A stretch of 64,000 nucleotides of DNA from an uncultured Bacteroidales bacterium (GTDB taxonomy: Bacteria; Bacteroidota; Bacteroidia; Bacteroidales; Paludibacteraceae). Below the pieces are notes generated by a model. The model did no database searches, was not told the DNA's origin, and worked only from the letters and a program-made list of their open reading frames with translations. The DNA lies in assembly GCA_902778935.1 (NCBI GenBank), contig CACYZT010000005.1:21932-85931 (forward strand), given 5' to 3'. Shown piece after piece: positions 34,534 through 44,578 of this stretch. How positions within the stretch are numbered: position 1 is the stretch's first letter; every line of letters starts with the position of its first letter. A program made the translations under genes and the position numbers.

Positions 34534-35463
34534 ATGAAAAAGATAGTTTGTTTGCTTCTCATGGCAGCACTGGCGTATCCTATGCGGGCTGAGGAAGCGA
34601 ATACACCGGAGAAAGACAAGAAATCCGTGGATTATTCCCAATATCTCCCGCAGGAAGGTGAATTCGCCATAGGCTTTAACTTGGACCCTGTTGCTACCTT
34701 TGTAGGTAATTTATTCAATGGCACAGTCGGCAATGCGTTGGCGCCTCTCGCCGGCGAACCGATGCGAGTGCCGGGCATGGTATCCATCATGGGTACATAC
34801 ATGATGACCAACAACTGGGGACTGCGGTTCAATGTAGGTGTCGGCGTCAACAGTTGGAACAGGCGTGCATACGTCATCGACGACGCAGCGCGGTTCATCA
34901 ATCCGTACAGTACCCTTGAAGGTCAAGACATCGAAAAGCGTCTGAGCGTCGGTGCTTCGGCGTCCGTCGGTGCGGAATACCGAATAGGCAAGCGCCGCGT
35001 ACAGGGTGTTTTCGGCGTAGGTCTGACTTACGGATGCTGGACGATTAACAGGATGGCATATTCCTATTACAATGCTATCACGGATGCCAACCATAATCCG
35101 ACCAACGGCGGATTGTACGGAGGCGCAGTGAACCCCAAGTTCGCGACCGACTACAGCTATATCGAGAACCCGCGTCTGATGAGTCATTACACCGCTGCGG
35201 GTACACACCTCGCCGGTGTGTACGGGACGGTCGGCGTGGAGTGCTTTGTAGCTCCGAAGATTGCGTTAGGCTTGAATGTGAATGTGCTCGTCGATTATCA
35301 ATGGAATCCGGCAAGGGCTGAACAATGGGAAGGGTGGAATACCTTCACTCAGCAGCGTCAGGAAGTGATTATCCATGACAGAGCGATGAACGACGGCTTT
35401 ACATTCACCACCGATAATATCGGCGCCAACCTTTACATAGCCTTTTATTTTGGTAAAAAATAA
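34534..35463 (+). CDS. outer-membrane beta-barrel protein
   Basis: Starts at the ATG 34534 ('MKKIVCLLLMAALAYPMRA', a signal peptide). Alternating hydrophobic beta pattern with Gly/aromatic-rich strands. 9-nt gap to the giant gene. Confidence 0.55.
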   Translation: MKKIVCLLLMAALAYPMRAEEANTPEKDKKSVDYSQYLPQEGEFAIGFNLDPVATFVGNLFNGTVGNALAPLAGEPMRVPGMVSIMGTYMMTNNWGLRFNVGVGVNSWNRRAYVIDDAARFINPYSTLEGQDIEKRLSVGASASVGAEYRIGKRRVQGVFGVGLTYGCWTINRMAYSYYNAITDANHNPTNGGLYGGAVNPKFATDYSYIENPRLMSHYTAAGTHLAGVYGTVGVECFVAPKIALGLNVNVLVDYQWNPARAEQWEGWNTFTQQRQEVIIHDRAMNDGFTFTTDNIGANLYIAFYFGKK

Positions 35464-35472
35464 TCTACACCC

Positions 35473-38400
35473 ATGAAAAAACACATCCTTTGGCTGTTGG
35501 CGCTCCTATGGAGCGTCACAGCTGTAGGTGAAACTATTACGGTAGCGAGGGCACTGGAAATATGCGGTGGCCTTGCTTCTGGCGTATCTACCACGGAGAG
35601 CTACACGATAGAGGGCTACGTGAATAAGATTGCCAGCAACGATTTTAATTCCACCTATAACAACATGAGATTCTGGATTGCTGACACGAAAGGGTCAGCG
35701 TCCACCAATGCCAATGGCGCATTACTTGTTTATCGCGGCAGACCGGATGTGGAACTGCAGGTAGGCGACAAGGTAAGCGTCACTTCGACTCTGATAAATT
35801 ATAACGGTACTACGTACGAGACGAACACGACCAACTGTCCTGTTACGCTATTGTATCGTCCGACAGTTTTGACGGAGCGTGATACCACCTATGGTTCGCT
35901 ACGTATCTGTGCGCAGAACTTGGAGAATTACTACATCAATTCGAATACCGGGCGTGGTAATTATACCCAAGCGGAGATTAACGCAAAGACCAGCAAGATT
36001 GTCAACATGATGCTGACTATCAATGCGGATATCTATGCGTTCTGCGAGGTAGAGGCGAAACCGGAAGTGCTGGACTACCTGGTTTCGGTGGCGAACTCGT
36101 ATGTATCGGGTAATCCGTATGTGGCCGTTTCGGACGGTATTGACGAAGATTGGGACGCGACCTATAACAATAACATCAAATCGGGTTTCATCTATCGTTC
36201 CGACCGCGTACAACCGATAGGCAACAATGTGGCGGCAAGTACCGCTAACTACTACCGCAACACGATGCGGTATCAGGCATTCAGCCAACTATCCAACGGC
36301 GAAAAACTCGTTGTTTGTATGAACCATTTCAAGGCGAAAGACAGCTCGGAAGACCAAGGAGAGTCCATTCGTATGGGCAATGCATACTCATTGATGAATG
36401 CTCTGTCCTCTGTCACGACCGACCCTGATATCCTGATTTTAGGCGACTTGAACTGCGAGTACGGCGAAGCACCCATTACGTATATCACCAATGCGGGTTA
36501 TGCCGAGCAATTACTGCGCTTCAATGACGGTTCCATCTATTCGCATTGTTACAACGGAGGTGAGTTAATCGACCATGCGCTGGCGAACAACTCCATGGCG
36601 AACCAAATCGTAGATGCTTATGTACGGCATCTCAGCACCACCTGCTCTGCCGGAATAACGGAAGAGACATCGTATTCCGACCATGACCCCTATGTAGTGG
36701 AAATCAACCTCTCCTCCGGTGCCACTCCTGCACCTACGATGACCTGTGCCGCGGCTGCTGAGGCGGCTTTGTCCGTTTCGGCTAACAATGAATTATACAA
36801 CAATGGCGAGACTTTCGCTATCCGCGGCTTCGTTACCTCTATCGTCACTGCCTATAATCCCAGCTATGGCAATATATCTTTCTGGATGGCGGATACGCAG
36901 AACGGCGGTAACGTGTTACAGGCATACCGATGCGGTGTGGATGCTACTTCCATTCCGAATGTCAATGACTATGTAGAGGTTACGGGACAGTTAACCAAAT
37001 ACAACGCAACACCTGAGTTTGCTGCCGGAAGTACGTGCCAGATTATCTATAGTTCCGGTTCTGCGATTAACCTCGGCCCCAAAACCATTGCCGAGTTCTT
37101 GCAATTAAAGAACCCCAAAGACACATGTGTGCTGACAGGCGTTGTAAAGAATATCCAGAATACGGTATATGGTAATTTCTACCTTGAGGACGCCACCGGC
37201 TCGCTGTATATCTACGGTCTGCTGACCCCTGAGGGAGTGGCACAGAAATTTGACTCCCTGGGTATAGCCGAAGGCGATACACTGACGCTCAAAGCCACCT
37301 ACCTGGAATACAACCAATCGCCGCAAGCGAAAAACGCAATCTATGTATCCCATTACAAACAGGCGACCTTCCAGGGACCTGTGACCGTCAAACTGGATCC
37401 GTCCAGTACCACCATGTACAGTTGGAACCAAGTCGGAATCTGGGCATGGGTAACGGATGGAACGAAGTCAACCGACCTGTTTGAACAATGGCCCGGCGTA
37501 CCGGTTACCATAGATCCGGAGACCGGCTGGTGGAGTTACACCTTCAATAATATTCCTTCGGGACAACTGAATATCATTTGGAATGATTACGGCTATTACG
37601 GTTATCAGACCGACGATATTGAGAATGTGGCGGAGAATACCTGCTATCGATTGCCAAGCTATTCCTATTCGCACGAGGTTGTTGACTGTCCTACTACTCA
37701 TGACACTATATTCCTTTACAGCGTGGCGAACTATATTGACTTCCAAGCGCTCTATGATGCCAACCCGTCAATCGCGGATACTATCGTCACCAGTTACCAA
37801 TATGTTACCTTGCCGAACGGCTCCCAGGTATGCGGATTTATGAAAACCGACGGCACGGAGGCTAACAATGCATGGAATGTAAAAGAATATTATAATTCGC
37901 TTAGACCCACTCCCGAATGGGACGGCGTAGAGGCGTTCGTTTCCGGAACAGAGTTCCGTGCGGCTTCGGGTAGTTCCATTCGATTGGGAGCATTCACCAT
38001 GGAGAACGCCGGTAAACTAACTGTTTATTTCTCGCCCAACGGAGATTCGGAACGCGGTGTCAGCATTGCTGTAAAAGGCGATACGGTAACCTACAGGAAA
38101 AGCGGTGTTAAAATCGATGGTGTTCGCCCTGCATACGCGGTAGATGTCAACCTACCTGCCGGCTATTATGCAAAAGGCGATATCGTTATCACTATTGTTA
38201 CCAATACCACCAATATCTTCGGTGTCGGTATTCATCCGGACCCGATTATTGGTGAAAGAGTGATTGACCTGACGGTATCCGAAGCTGTTGCGCTGAGCTA
38301 TCAGCAGCCCGTCAACGAGGCCTCGTCCTACGATGTGTCTGTGGTCGGTTATGTAGTCAGTACACAAAACTATGAACAGACCTACGGCAACCAATCCTTC

Positions 38401-41400
38401 CTAATTGCCGACGACATGTACGGTACGGTTACCATGAAGGCATACCTGGCTACGCCGGAAAAGAACGGTGTGCCGTATCCTGTGCTGACAGGCGACAAAG
38501 TAAGGATAACCGGACCGATTGAGCACTATGTCAATAATAATACCGGCGAGGACTTTGCAGAACTGCTAAGGCCGTCCGTCACATTCATTAATGAAGCTGC
38601 CGGAGACCGTTCGCTACCTGCTATACCGGAGATATCCGTAGCAGACGCACTGCAGTACGGTTATAGCATGGAGGTCGGCTATCGAACCAGCACCACCTAC
38701 GATATAGTCGGCTATGTAACGAATATAGAGGAAGACGCTATGGATACGTATGGCAACATGACCTTCTGGATAGCGGACGAGACGAATGGTGCTTCTTCCA
38801 ATGCGGAAGGCGGATTATATATCTTCCGCGGTATTCCGGACAGGAGATTGCAGACAGGTGATATGGTGCGTGTACGCTCGTATATACGCCATACCGCTGT
38901 GACGGAATCCTCATCGATTGTTCAAACTGCTTCCGGTGCCGGCGTCATGTATCTGGGACATCCGGCAGCCAATGTGCCGACTACTCAGGACCTGATGATG
39001 GCGGGATATAATATCATCAATAATATTGTACTCTGCTTCCAGTTCGGAGATGAGCCATGCAACGATGTAGTCATCGCCGGTAATTATAACGGTTGGACGA
39101 CGGAACTGAGTGAGTGCGTTCGTATGTCGCCTCTCGCAGGCTTTGACGGATGGTATGCGGCTCAGATACCGTACAACACCAATGGCGGTACATGGGATAA
39201 TCAGGCGAAACCCGTTCAACTCGCCAATGACGGTTCGTTCAATTGGGAGTACCAAGCGGGAGACGTCAATGCATGGATTTACCGAGGCGGTAATGAGACA
39301 GAGTTCGAAAGTTTTACGTATGAATGTACACCATATCTGAGTAATCCTGGCGCCTATATCTACGAGATAGCGTATTGGAAAAATCATAACAATCCTTGCA
39401 ATGAGATAAAATCCAATTACGACGTCTATCTCAGCGCACCGCAGAACGCACCGAGCAATATCGAACTCATCGGCTCGTTCGATAACTGGACGGGTACGCC
39501 GATGACCTACGATGCACAGTTCGGATATTGGACGGCAACTATTAATGCTTCTCCTTCGGATTATTTCATGTTCCGCGAAGCAGGCACATGGGATAACCAG
39601 ATTCTGGTCTATGATTCTGTAATTAACGAGTGGACAGTGCTGAACAATTGTATGATTGGCGATTATATCATCAGCGATGCGATTGTGTATGCCGATTTCT
39701 CGAATCCGAACACCTATCGCTGGACTACGAGCGGTTCCGGTTCGGATACCTCTGCGGTAACAGACCCGATTGAACTGACTATCGCCTCAATTACTTCTAA
39801 TTTCTACACAGAAGACAATGATATCTGGTATCGTCTGAATCTGGAAGACGAAGAAAATTATTTTACGATAGATATCATCGTACCACAGGGAATGCGGGAT
39901 GTAGAACTCGGACATGTTTATACATGGTCGGATATGCTACAACAGTATTGTCAAGGGTATTACAATAGTCAGACCATATCCTATTCCGATGTGCAGTTCG
40001 TGAAGATACAGACAGCAAACGGTGTACAAATATCAGCCCTTATTACCGCTACCAACGGACAGCAATATATCCTCACGTATGTCGGTGCTGACGCTACACC
40101 ATTCGACTACGATGCAGACTATGCGTATACGGAGAACTTCTCCGGGTATAATGATGTAGCATTTGACACGGCACAACGACGTGTTTATGCCTCTAATACC
40201 GACAACGCATATATCAATATGCTGTTTAATCTACCGACAGGTATTGACACTCTGGTAGCAGGAACATATCCGATTAACGCTACCGGCAATCCGATGACCG
40301 TTAAGGCCAGTGAAGGTTTTGTAAGTGGAATTACGCCATCGTTCGCCGGTTATATTAATTCCGAAGGGTATATCGATACTCCAATTTGGTATCTCGTATC
40401 CGGTACAGTTATTGTAGATGCAGATGGTACAATCACTGTGAATGCGCTCAATAGCAAGGGCTATGCCGTTCAGAGCCAACTCACCAAGGCGCAAGTCCAA
40501 CCGTCGGATGCTCCTACGGTGGCTGACCTCGAAAATGCAGGCTATGACACGGACAACAATGTAGTGCTGGCGTATAAGTTCGACGTGGCTCCTTGCTACG
40601 ATGTCGTTATCGCCGGTACGTACATGATGGATTCGGCCGGCAATTGGATAACCGATCCGAGCCAACTCGTTCACATGATGCCTCTTGCTGGTTTCAATGG
40701 TTGGTATGCAGCTCAGATTCCTTATACCGAATCCTCGGTACAGGCCAAACCGGTACAACTGAGCGATATAGGTGCTTTCAACTGGGATAATCAAGCGGGA
40801 GACTTCAACGCATGGATTTACCGAGGCGGTAATGAGGCTTACATCGAAAGCGGCTACGGTAACGAGGTGAATGTATATTACGAGTCACCCGGAGCCTATA
40901 TCTACGAGATAGCTTACTGGAAGAACAATAATAATCCGTGTACATCCCAAACGACCACCTATACTGTCTTCTTGGAGGCTCCACAGAATGCGCCGGACTC
41001 GATAGAGATTATCGGTTCGTTCGATAACTGGATGGGTACGCTGATGACCTACGATGCACAGACCGGATATTGGACGGCTACCATTACGGCTACACCTTCG
41101 GATGTGTTTAAGTTCCGTCAGGCAGGTAATTGGGATAATGAGATTCTGGTTTATAACTCAGCGTATGACGCTTGGACAACTCTTCCAAATCTTGTCATCA
41201 GCCAGTATCTGTATGATAACATCGTATATCTTGACTTCGATAATGCGGAGCTGTACCGCTGGACTAAGCAGGATGATGAGTCTGCCTATTACATTCCTTA
41301 CAATCTGCAGGCTGTTTCCGAGCCCGGAAAGGTTGTGTTTACATGGGATGCGGAGATGATTTCCGACTCCTACGCTCTCCATGCCTATGATGTTAATGAT

Positions 41401-44400
41401 AACGACCGTTACCTCGGTTATCTGTCCGTACCAGGCGTTACAACCTTTACCTATATGGTAGAAGACTTCTTGGACGGCAAGGAGATTCGATGGAGTATTG
41501 AACCTCAATCGCCTTACTCGCTTGACGCAGTGTTTGCACCCAACACCGTCGTTATGCAAAAGAGTCAGGTAGAGTTGAGCAATTTCAATCTCTTGACAGC
41601 CGATGGTATCACGCTTGACTTGACATGGCAAAGCAATGTGCCGGTAGAGCAGTATATAGTAGAAGTGCAAATGGGCGGCAGTATATTAAGAGAAGAAACC
41701 GTTACTTCCGCCGAGTTCCATTATACATCGCCGATACCGGGTACAATGGAAGTATATGTCGAGCCTCTCAATGCTGCAGGCGAAGCTGTAGGACGTTATG
41801 CATATGCCGGTTCGATTGAGTTGTCTGCCGTACCGGAGCCGTTCAAGAATCTGCAAGCAGTGGCTAACGGGCATGATATCAATGCTACATGGGAGGGCGC
41901 AGCAGACTCTGTCTATCTGCAGATTTACCACATGGTAGATGGTGAATTCACAGATATTATTTACCAGTCTGTGGTAGCCGGTCATTCGTTCACCTATACG
42001 GTTGAAGAGGATGGCAACTATGCCGTACAGCTACGGGCTTGGACCGAACTGAGTCCGGGACAATATGGCAGAGCTCCGTATGCGGATTATGTGGTAGTTC
42101 AAGTATTTACTGTTCCTACGTATGCTATTCAGATAGACGCATCCGAAGGCGGATACATATTCCCGTCCGGATTGTCCGGAAACTATCCGGTAGGCTATAC
42201 GCTTAATGCGTATGCATATCCTAACGAAGGATATCGCTTCGTTGGCTGGTCGGACGGTGTGACGGAGTCTGAACGGACTATACATGTGCAGGGAGCAATG
42301 TCTATCACCGCTCAATTCGAAGCACTCGCAGTCTATACCGTAGCGGTACAGGCTTACGAAGGCGGATGGATATATGTAAGTGGAGAAATGAGCTCTTACG
42401 ATGTATCATATACGGGACAATGGTATGAAGACTCACAGATGACCATCTATGCTTCCGCTGCTCAGGGATATTCGTTCTACCAATGGTCAGACGGCGTAAC
42501 CAATGCACAGCGCACTGTCACCGTTAATAGCAACATCAACCTGACTGCTATCTTCATGCCGAACCGTCATCTCACCCTTGCCGTTAACGACATCGTGATG
42601 GGAGGCATTTCGGTTGCCGGAGACTACAGCTATGCAGATGGTGTTTATACGACGGTTCATGGCGCTTCGCTGACGCTGACGGCACAGCCTAACCAAGGCT
42701 ATCGTTTCGTTGGCTGGTCGGACGGCGTACAGACCGTACAGCGTGTTGTCACGATGACGGATGATATAGCTCTGACCGCTATCTTTGAACTCATCATTAC
42801 ACCGGTGGTACAATATTCGATTACGGTCAGCGCAGGTAACGGTGGCACGGTAAACGATGCAAGCGGTATCTATAATGCCGGTGACCTCATTGAACTGACG
42901 GCTACCCCGATGGAGGGATATGAATTCGTTCAATGGTCGGATGGTGTATCCACTAATCCTCGTACGCTTACTGTAACGGGCAACAAGAGTCTGACTGCTA
43001 TATTCCGTATTCGGACCATTAGTATCTCCGTTACCGCAGGACCTGGTGGTACGGTGAATGGAACTGTCAGCGGTTTCTATAACTACGGCACCTCTGTATC
43101 GTTCTCGGCTGCACCGGCTGAGCATTACCGCTTTACCGGTTGGTCGGACGGCAATACCGACATAAATCGCTCTATAACCCTCGTCAAGGATACGGTTATC
43201 ACAGCGTCGTTTGTCGCTATTCCGCTCTATACCCTCAACCTCACTGCCGGACAGGGTGGCCAGATTCGTGTCAATAACGAACCCTACACAACGACCTTCA
43301 ACCGCGCTTACGAGGAGAATACATCCGTTGTGATAGAAGCGGCTGCGAATGCGAACTATATATTCTCACGCTGGTCGGATGGAAACACCCATGCCATCCG
43401 CGTCGTGCCGATGAATAGTGATCTCTCGCTCACCGCTGAATTCCTGCCGATATACACGCTGACGATTATCGCCAACAATGGTTCCGTTTTGGTTCAAGGC
43501 GATGCGGAAGCTACAGCGAACAATGTATATAAGGCGGTGGCAGGTACGGTGCTGACACTGACGGCACAGCCTGCTGAAGGATACCGATTTGTAAGTTGGT
43601 CGGATGGCGTACAAACGATTAGTCGCGACATAACCCTCACTTCGGCCACCTTCCTTGTGGCAACCTTTGAGGAAGCTTCTACCACGCCGCAATATACGGT
43701 TACGGTCGGTATTACGGGTACGGGTACCGGTACGGTCAACGGACAAACGTCTATCAGCACGCTCTATTACGAGAACGACCAAGTGCCTCTGACTGCCTTA
43801 GCAGGTGAGTCGTCCGAGTTCGCCGGCTGGTCGGATGGTGTGACAACGGCATCACGTACGCTGGTAGTAAGCAGCGATACACTTGTCATTGCCATATTCA
43901 ATTTCGTAGAGCCTACGGTACAATATACGGTAACCTTCAAGAACTATGATGGTACCATCCTTGAGTCCAAGAAATGGAATGAAGGCGAAACACCGACATG
44001 TTCTGTGACGCCGACGCATCCTGACGATGAAGCAAACACGTATTCCTTCATCGGATGGACACCGGAGATTGTGCCTGTCACAGCTGATGCTGTCTATACG
44101 GCTGTCTTCGAGGCTACGCCTGTTGTGCTGCCTTCCTTCACCGTTACGTTCTACGACTGGGATGATTCCGTCCTCAGCCAACAGTCGGTAACTAAGGGAG
44201 AAAACGCAACGCCGCCGGATACTCCGACAAGGGCAGGTTATGTATTCACCGGATGGGATGGTAACTATACGAACGTACAGCATGACGAAGCCGTATTTGC
44301 TACCTACAAATCCGCCGAAGAGGCACTCGAGGATGTTCTTGATGGCAATAATGCCGTGAAGATATTCAGAGAAGGCCAGATCTTCATCCTCCGTGGAGAC

Positions 44401-44436
44401 AAGACCTACACCCTTGACGGACAAATAGTCCGTTAA
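35473..44436 (+). CDS. 2,987-aa secreted multi-domain extracellular nuclease (EEP domain, OB-like modules, carbohydrate-binding-like modules, 8 InlB-B-type and 2 Listeria-Bacteroides repeats, C-terminal tag)
   Basis: Signal peptide, then an EEP catalytic domain at about 35890-36732 ('AFCEVE', 'ILGDLNCEY', 'IDHALAN', 'SDHDPYVVE'). Five copies of an about 100-aa '[YF].I.G[YF]V...N.SF[WL][IM]AD...Y[RL]...GD.V.V' module. 'WPGV.V......GWW.Y' CBM-like unit. Eight 'GY.F..WSDG....R......L.A.F' repeats. C-terminus is 'AVKIFREGQIFILRGDKTYTLDGQIVR'. Confidence 0.8.
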   Translation: MKKHILWLLALLWSVTAVGETITVARALEICGGLASGVSTTESYTIEGYVNKIASNDFNSTYNNMRFWIADTKGSASTNANGALLVYRGRPDVELQVGDKVSVTSTLINYNGTTYETNTTNCPVTLLYRPTVLTERDTTYGSLRICAQNLENYYINSNTGRGNYTQAEINAKTSKIVNMMLTINADIYAFCEVEAKPEVLDYLVSVANSYVSGNPYVAVSDGIDEDWDATYNNNIKSGFIYRSDRVQPIGNNVAASTANYYRNTMRYQAFSQLSNGEKLVVCMNHFKAKDSSEDQGESIRMGNAYSLMNALSSVTTDPDILILGDLNCEYGEAPITYITNAGYAEQLLRFNDGSIYSHCYNGGELIDHALANNSMANQIVDAYVRHLSTTCSAGITEETSYSDHDPYVVEINLSSGATPAPTMTCAAAAEAALSVSANNELYNNGETFAIRGFVTSIVTAYNPSYGNISFWMADTQNGGNVLQAYRCGVDATSIPNVNDYVEVTGQLTKYNATPEFAAGSTCQIIYSSGSAINLGPKTIAEFLQLKNPKDTCVLTGVVKNIQNTVYGNFYLEDATGSLYIYGLLTPEGVAQKFDSLGIAEGDTLTLKATYLEYNQSPQAKNAIYVSHYKQATFQGPVTVKLDPSSTTMYSWNQVGIWAWVTDGTKSTDLFEQWPGVPVTIDPETGWWSYTFNNIPSGQLNIIWNDYGYYGYQTDDIENVAENTCYRLPSYSYSHEVVDCPTTHDTIFLYSVANYIDFQALYDANPSIADTIVTSYQYVTLPNGSQVCGFMKTDGTEANNAWNVKEYYNSLRPTPEWDGVEAFVSGTEFRAASGSSIRLGAFTMENAGKLTVYFSPNGDSERGVSIAVKGDTVTYRKSGVKIDGVRPAYAVDVNLPAGYYAKGDIVITIVTNTTNIFGVGIHPDPIIGERVIDLTVSEAVALSYQQPVNEASSYDVSVVGYVVSTQNYEQTYGNQSFLIADDMYGTVTMKAYLATPEKNGVPYPVLTGDKVRITGPIEHYVNNNTGEDFAELLRPSVTFINEAAGDRSLPAIPEISVADALQYGYSMEVGYRTSTTYDIVGYVTNIEEDAMDTYGNMTFWIADETNGASSNAEGGLYIFRGIPDRRLQTGDMVRVRSYIRHTAVTESSSIVQTASGAGVMYLGHPAANVPTTQDLMMAGYNIINNIVLCFQFGDEPCNDVVIAGNYNGWTTELSECVRMSPLAGFDGWYAAQIPYNTNGGTWDNQAKPVQLANDGSFNWEYQAGDVNAWIYRGGNETEFESFTYECTPYLSNPGAYIYEIAYWKNHNNPCNEIKSNYDVYLSAPQNAPSNIELIGSFDNWTGTPMTYDAQFGYWTATINASPSDYFMFREAGTWDNQILVYDSVINEWTVLNNCMIGDYIISDAIVYADFSNPNTYRWTTSGSGSDTSAVTDPIELTIASITSNFYTEDNDIWYRLNLEDEENYFTIDIIVPQGMRDVELGHVYTWSDMLQQYCQGYYNSQTISYSDVQFVKIQTANGVQISALITATNGQQYILTYVGADATPFDYDADYAYTENFSGYNDVAFDTAQRRVYASNTDNAYINMLFNLPTGIDTLVAGTYPINATGNPMTVKASEGFVSGITPSFAGYINSEGYIDTPIWYLVSGTVIVDADGTITVNALNSKGYAVQSQLTKAQVQPSDAPTVADLENAGYDTDNNVVLAYKFDVAPCYDVVIAGTYMMDSAGNWITDPSQLVHMMPLAGFNGWYAAQIPYTESSVQAKPVQLSDIGAFNWDNQAGDFNAWIYRGGNEAYIESGYGNEVNVYYESPGAYIYEIAYWKNNNNPCTSQTTTYTVFLEAPQNAPDSIEIIGSFDNWMGTLMTYDAQTGYWTATITATPSDVFKFRQAGNWDNEILVYNSAYDAWTTLPNLVISQYLYDNIVYLDFDNAELYRWTKQDDESAYYIPYNLQAVSEPGKVVFTWDAEMISDSYALHAYDVNDNDRYLGYLSVPGVTTFTYMVEDFLDGKEIRWSIEPQSPYSLDAVFAPNTVVMQKSQVELSNFNLLTADGITLDLTWQSNVPVEQYIVEVQMGGSILREETVTSAEFHYTSPIPGTMEVYVEPLNAAGEAVGRYAYAGSIELSAVPEPFKNLQAVANGHDINATWEGAADSVYLQIYHMVDGEFTDIIYQSVVAGHSFTYTVEEDGNYAVQLRAWTELSPGQYGRAPYADYVVVQVFTVPTYAIQIDASEGGYIFPSGLSGNYPVGYTLNAYAYPNEGYRFVGWSDGVTESERTIHVQGAMSITAQFEALAVYTVAVQAYEGGWIYVSGEMSSYDVSYTGQWYEDSQMTIYASAAQGYSFYQWSDGVTNAQRTVTVNSNINLTAIFMPNRHLTLAVNDIVMGGISVAGDYSYADGVYTTVHGASLTLTAQPNQGYRFVGWSDGVQTVQRVVTMTDDIALTAIFELIITPVVQYSITVSAGNGGTVNDASGIYNAGDLIELTATPMEGYEFVQWSDGVSTNPRTLTVTGNKSLTAIFRIRTISISVTAGPGGTVNGTVSGFYNYGTSVSFSAAPAEHYRFTGWSDGNTDINRSITLVKDTVITASFVAIPLYTLNLTAGQGGQIRVNNEPYTTTFNRAYEENTSVVIEAAANANYIFSRWSDGNTHAIRVVPMNSDLSLTAEFLPIYTLTIIANNGSVLVQGDAEATANNVYKAVAGTVLTLTAQPAEGYRFVSWSDGVQTISRDITLTSATFLVATFEEASTTPQYTVTVGITGTGTGTVNGQTSISTLYYENDQVPLTALAGESSEFAGWSDGVTTASRTLVVSSDTLVIAIFNFVEPTVQYTVTFKNYDGTILESKKWNEGETPTCSVTPTHPDDEANTYSFIGWTPEIVPVTADAVYTAVFEATPVVLPSFTVTFYDWDDSVLSQQSVTKGENATPPDTPTRAGYVFTGWDGNYTNVQHDEAVFATYKSAEEALEDVLDGNNAVKIFREGQIFILRGDKTYTLDGQIVR
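38990..39725 (+). repeat. internal duplication unit 1 of the giant gene (about 245 aa, CBM20/48-like pair)
   Basis: 'VVIAGNYNGW...MSPLAGFDGWYAAQIPY...AWIYRGGNE...GAYIYEIAYWKN.NNPC...LIGSFDNWTGTPMTYDAQFGYWTATI' parallels unit 2. Identical 27-mers at 39271-39297 and 40811-40837. Confidence 0.8.
40528..41262 (+). repeat. internal duplication unit 2 of the giant gene
   Basis: See unit 1. 'VVIAGTYMMDSAGNW...MMPLAGFNGWYAAQIPY...IIGSFDNWMGTLMTYDAQTGYWTATI'. Confidence 0.8.
42100..43905 (+). repeat. array of 8 divergent InlB-B-type repeats (about 70-78 aa each) within the giant gene
   Basis: Each unit contains 'GY.F.(G/Q/S)WSDG(V/N).....R......(L/I).L(T)A.F'. Confidence 0.75.
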
Positions 44437-44447
44437 TAGGAATCCCA

Positions 44448-44480
44448 AGCTAACGGCTAACAGCTAATAGTTAACGTAAG
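44448..44480. repeat. 7-nt periodic tract GCTAACG family
   Basis: agctaac ggctaac agctaat agttaac gtaag, just after the giant-gene stop. Confidence 0.8.
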
Positions 44481-44507
44481 AAAAAGCGCACAAAAAATGC
44501 GCTTTTT
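44481..44507 (+). terminator. intrinsic (bidirectional-looking) terminator after the giant gene
   Basis: AAAAAGCGCA - CAAAAAA - TGCGCTTTTT. Confidence 0.75.
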
Positions 44508-44578
44508 CTTATCTTCGAACGATTATTTCTGTTTTTTCTTGCATATGTCAAACTTTTGTAGTACTTTTGCACTCGATT

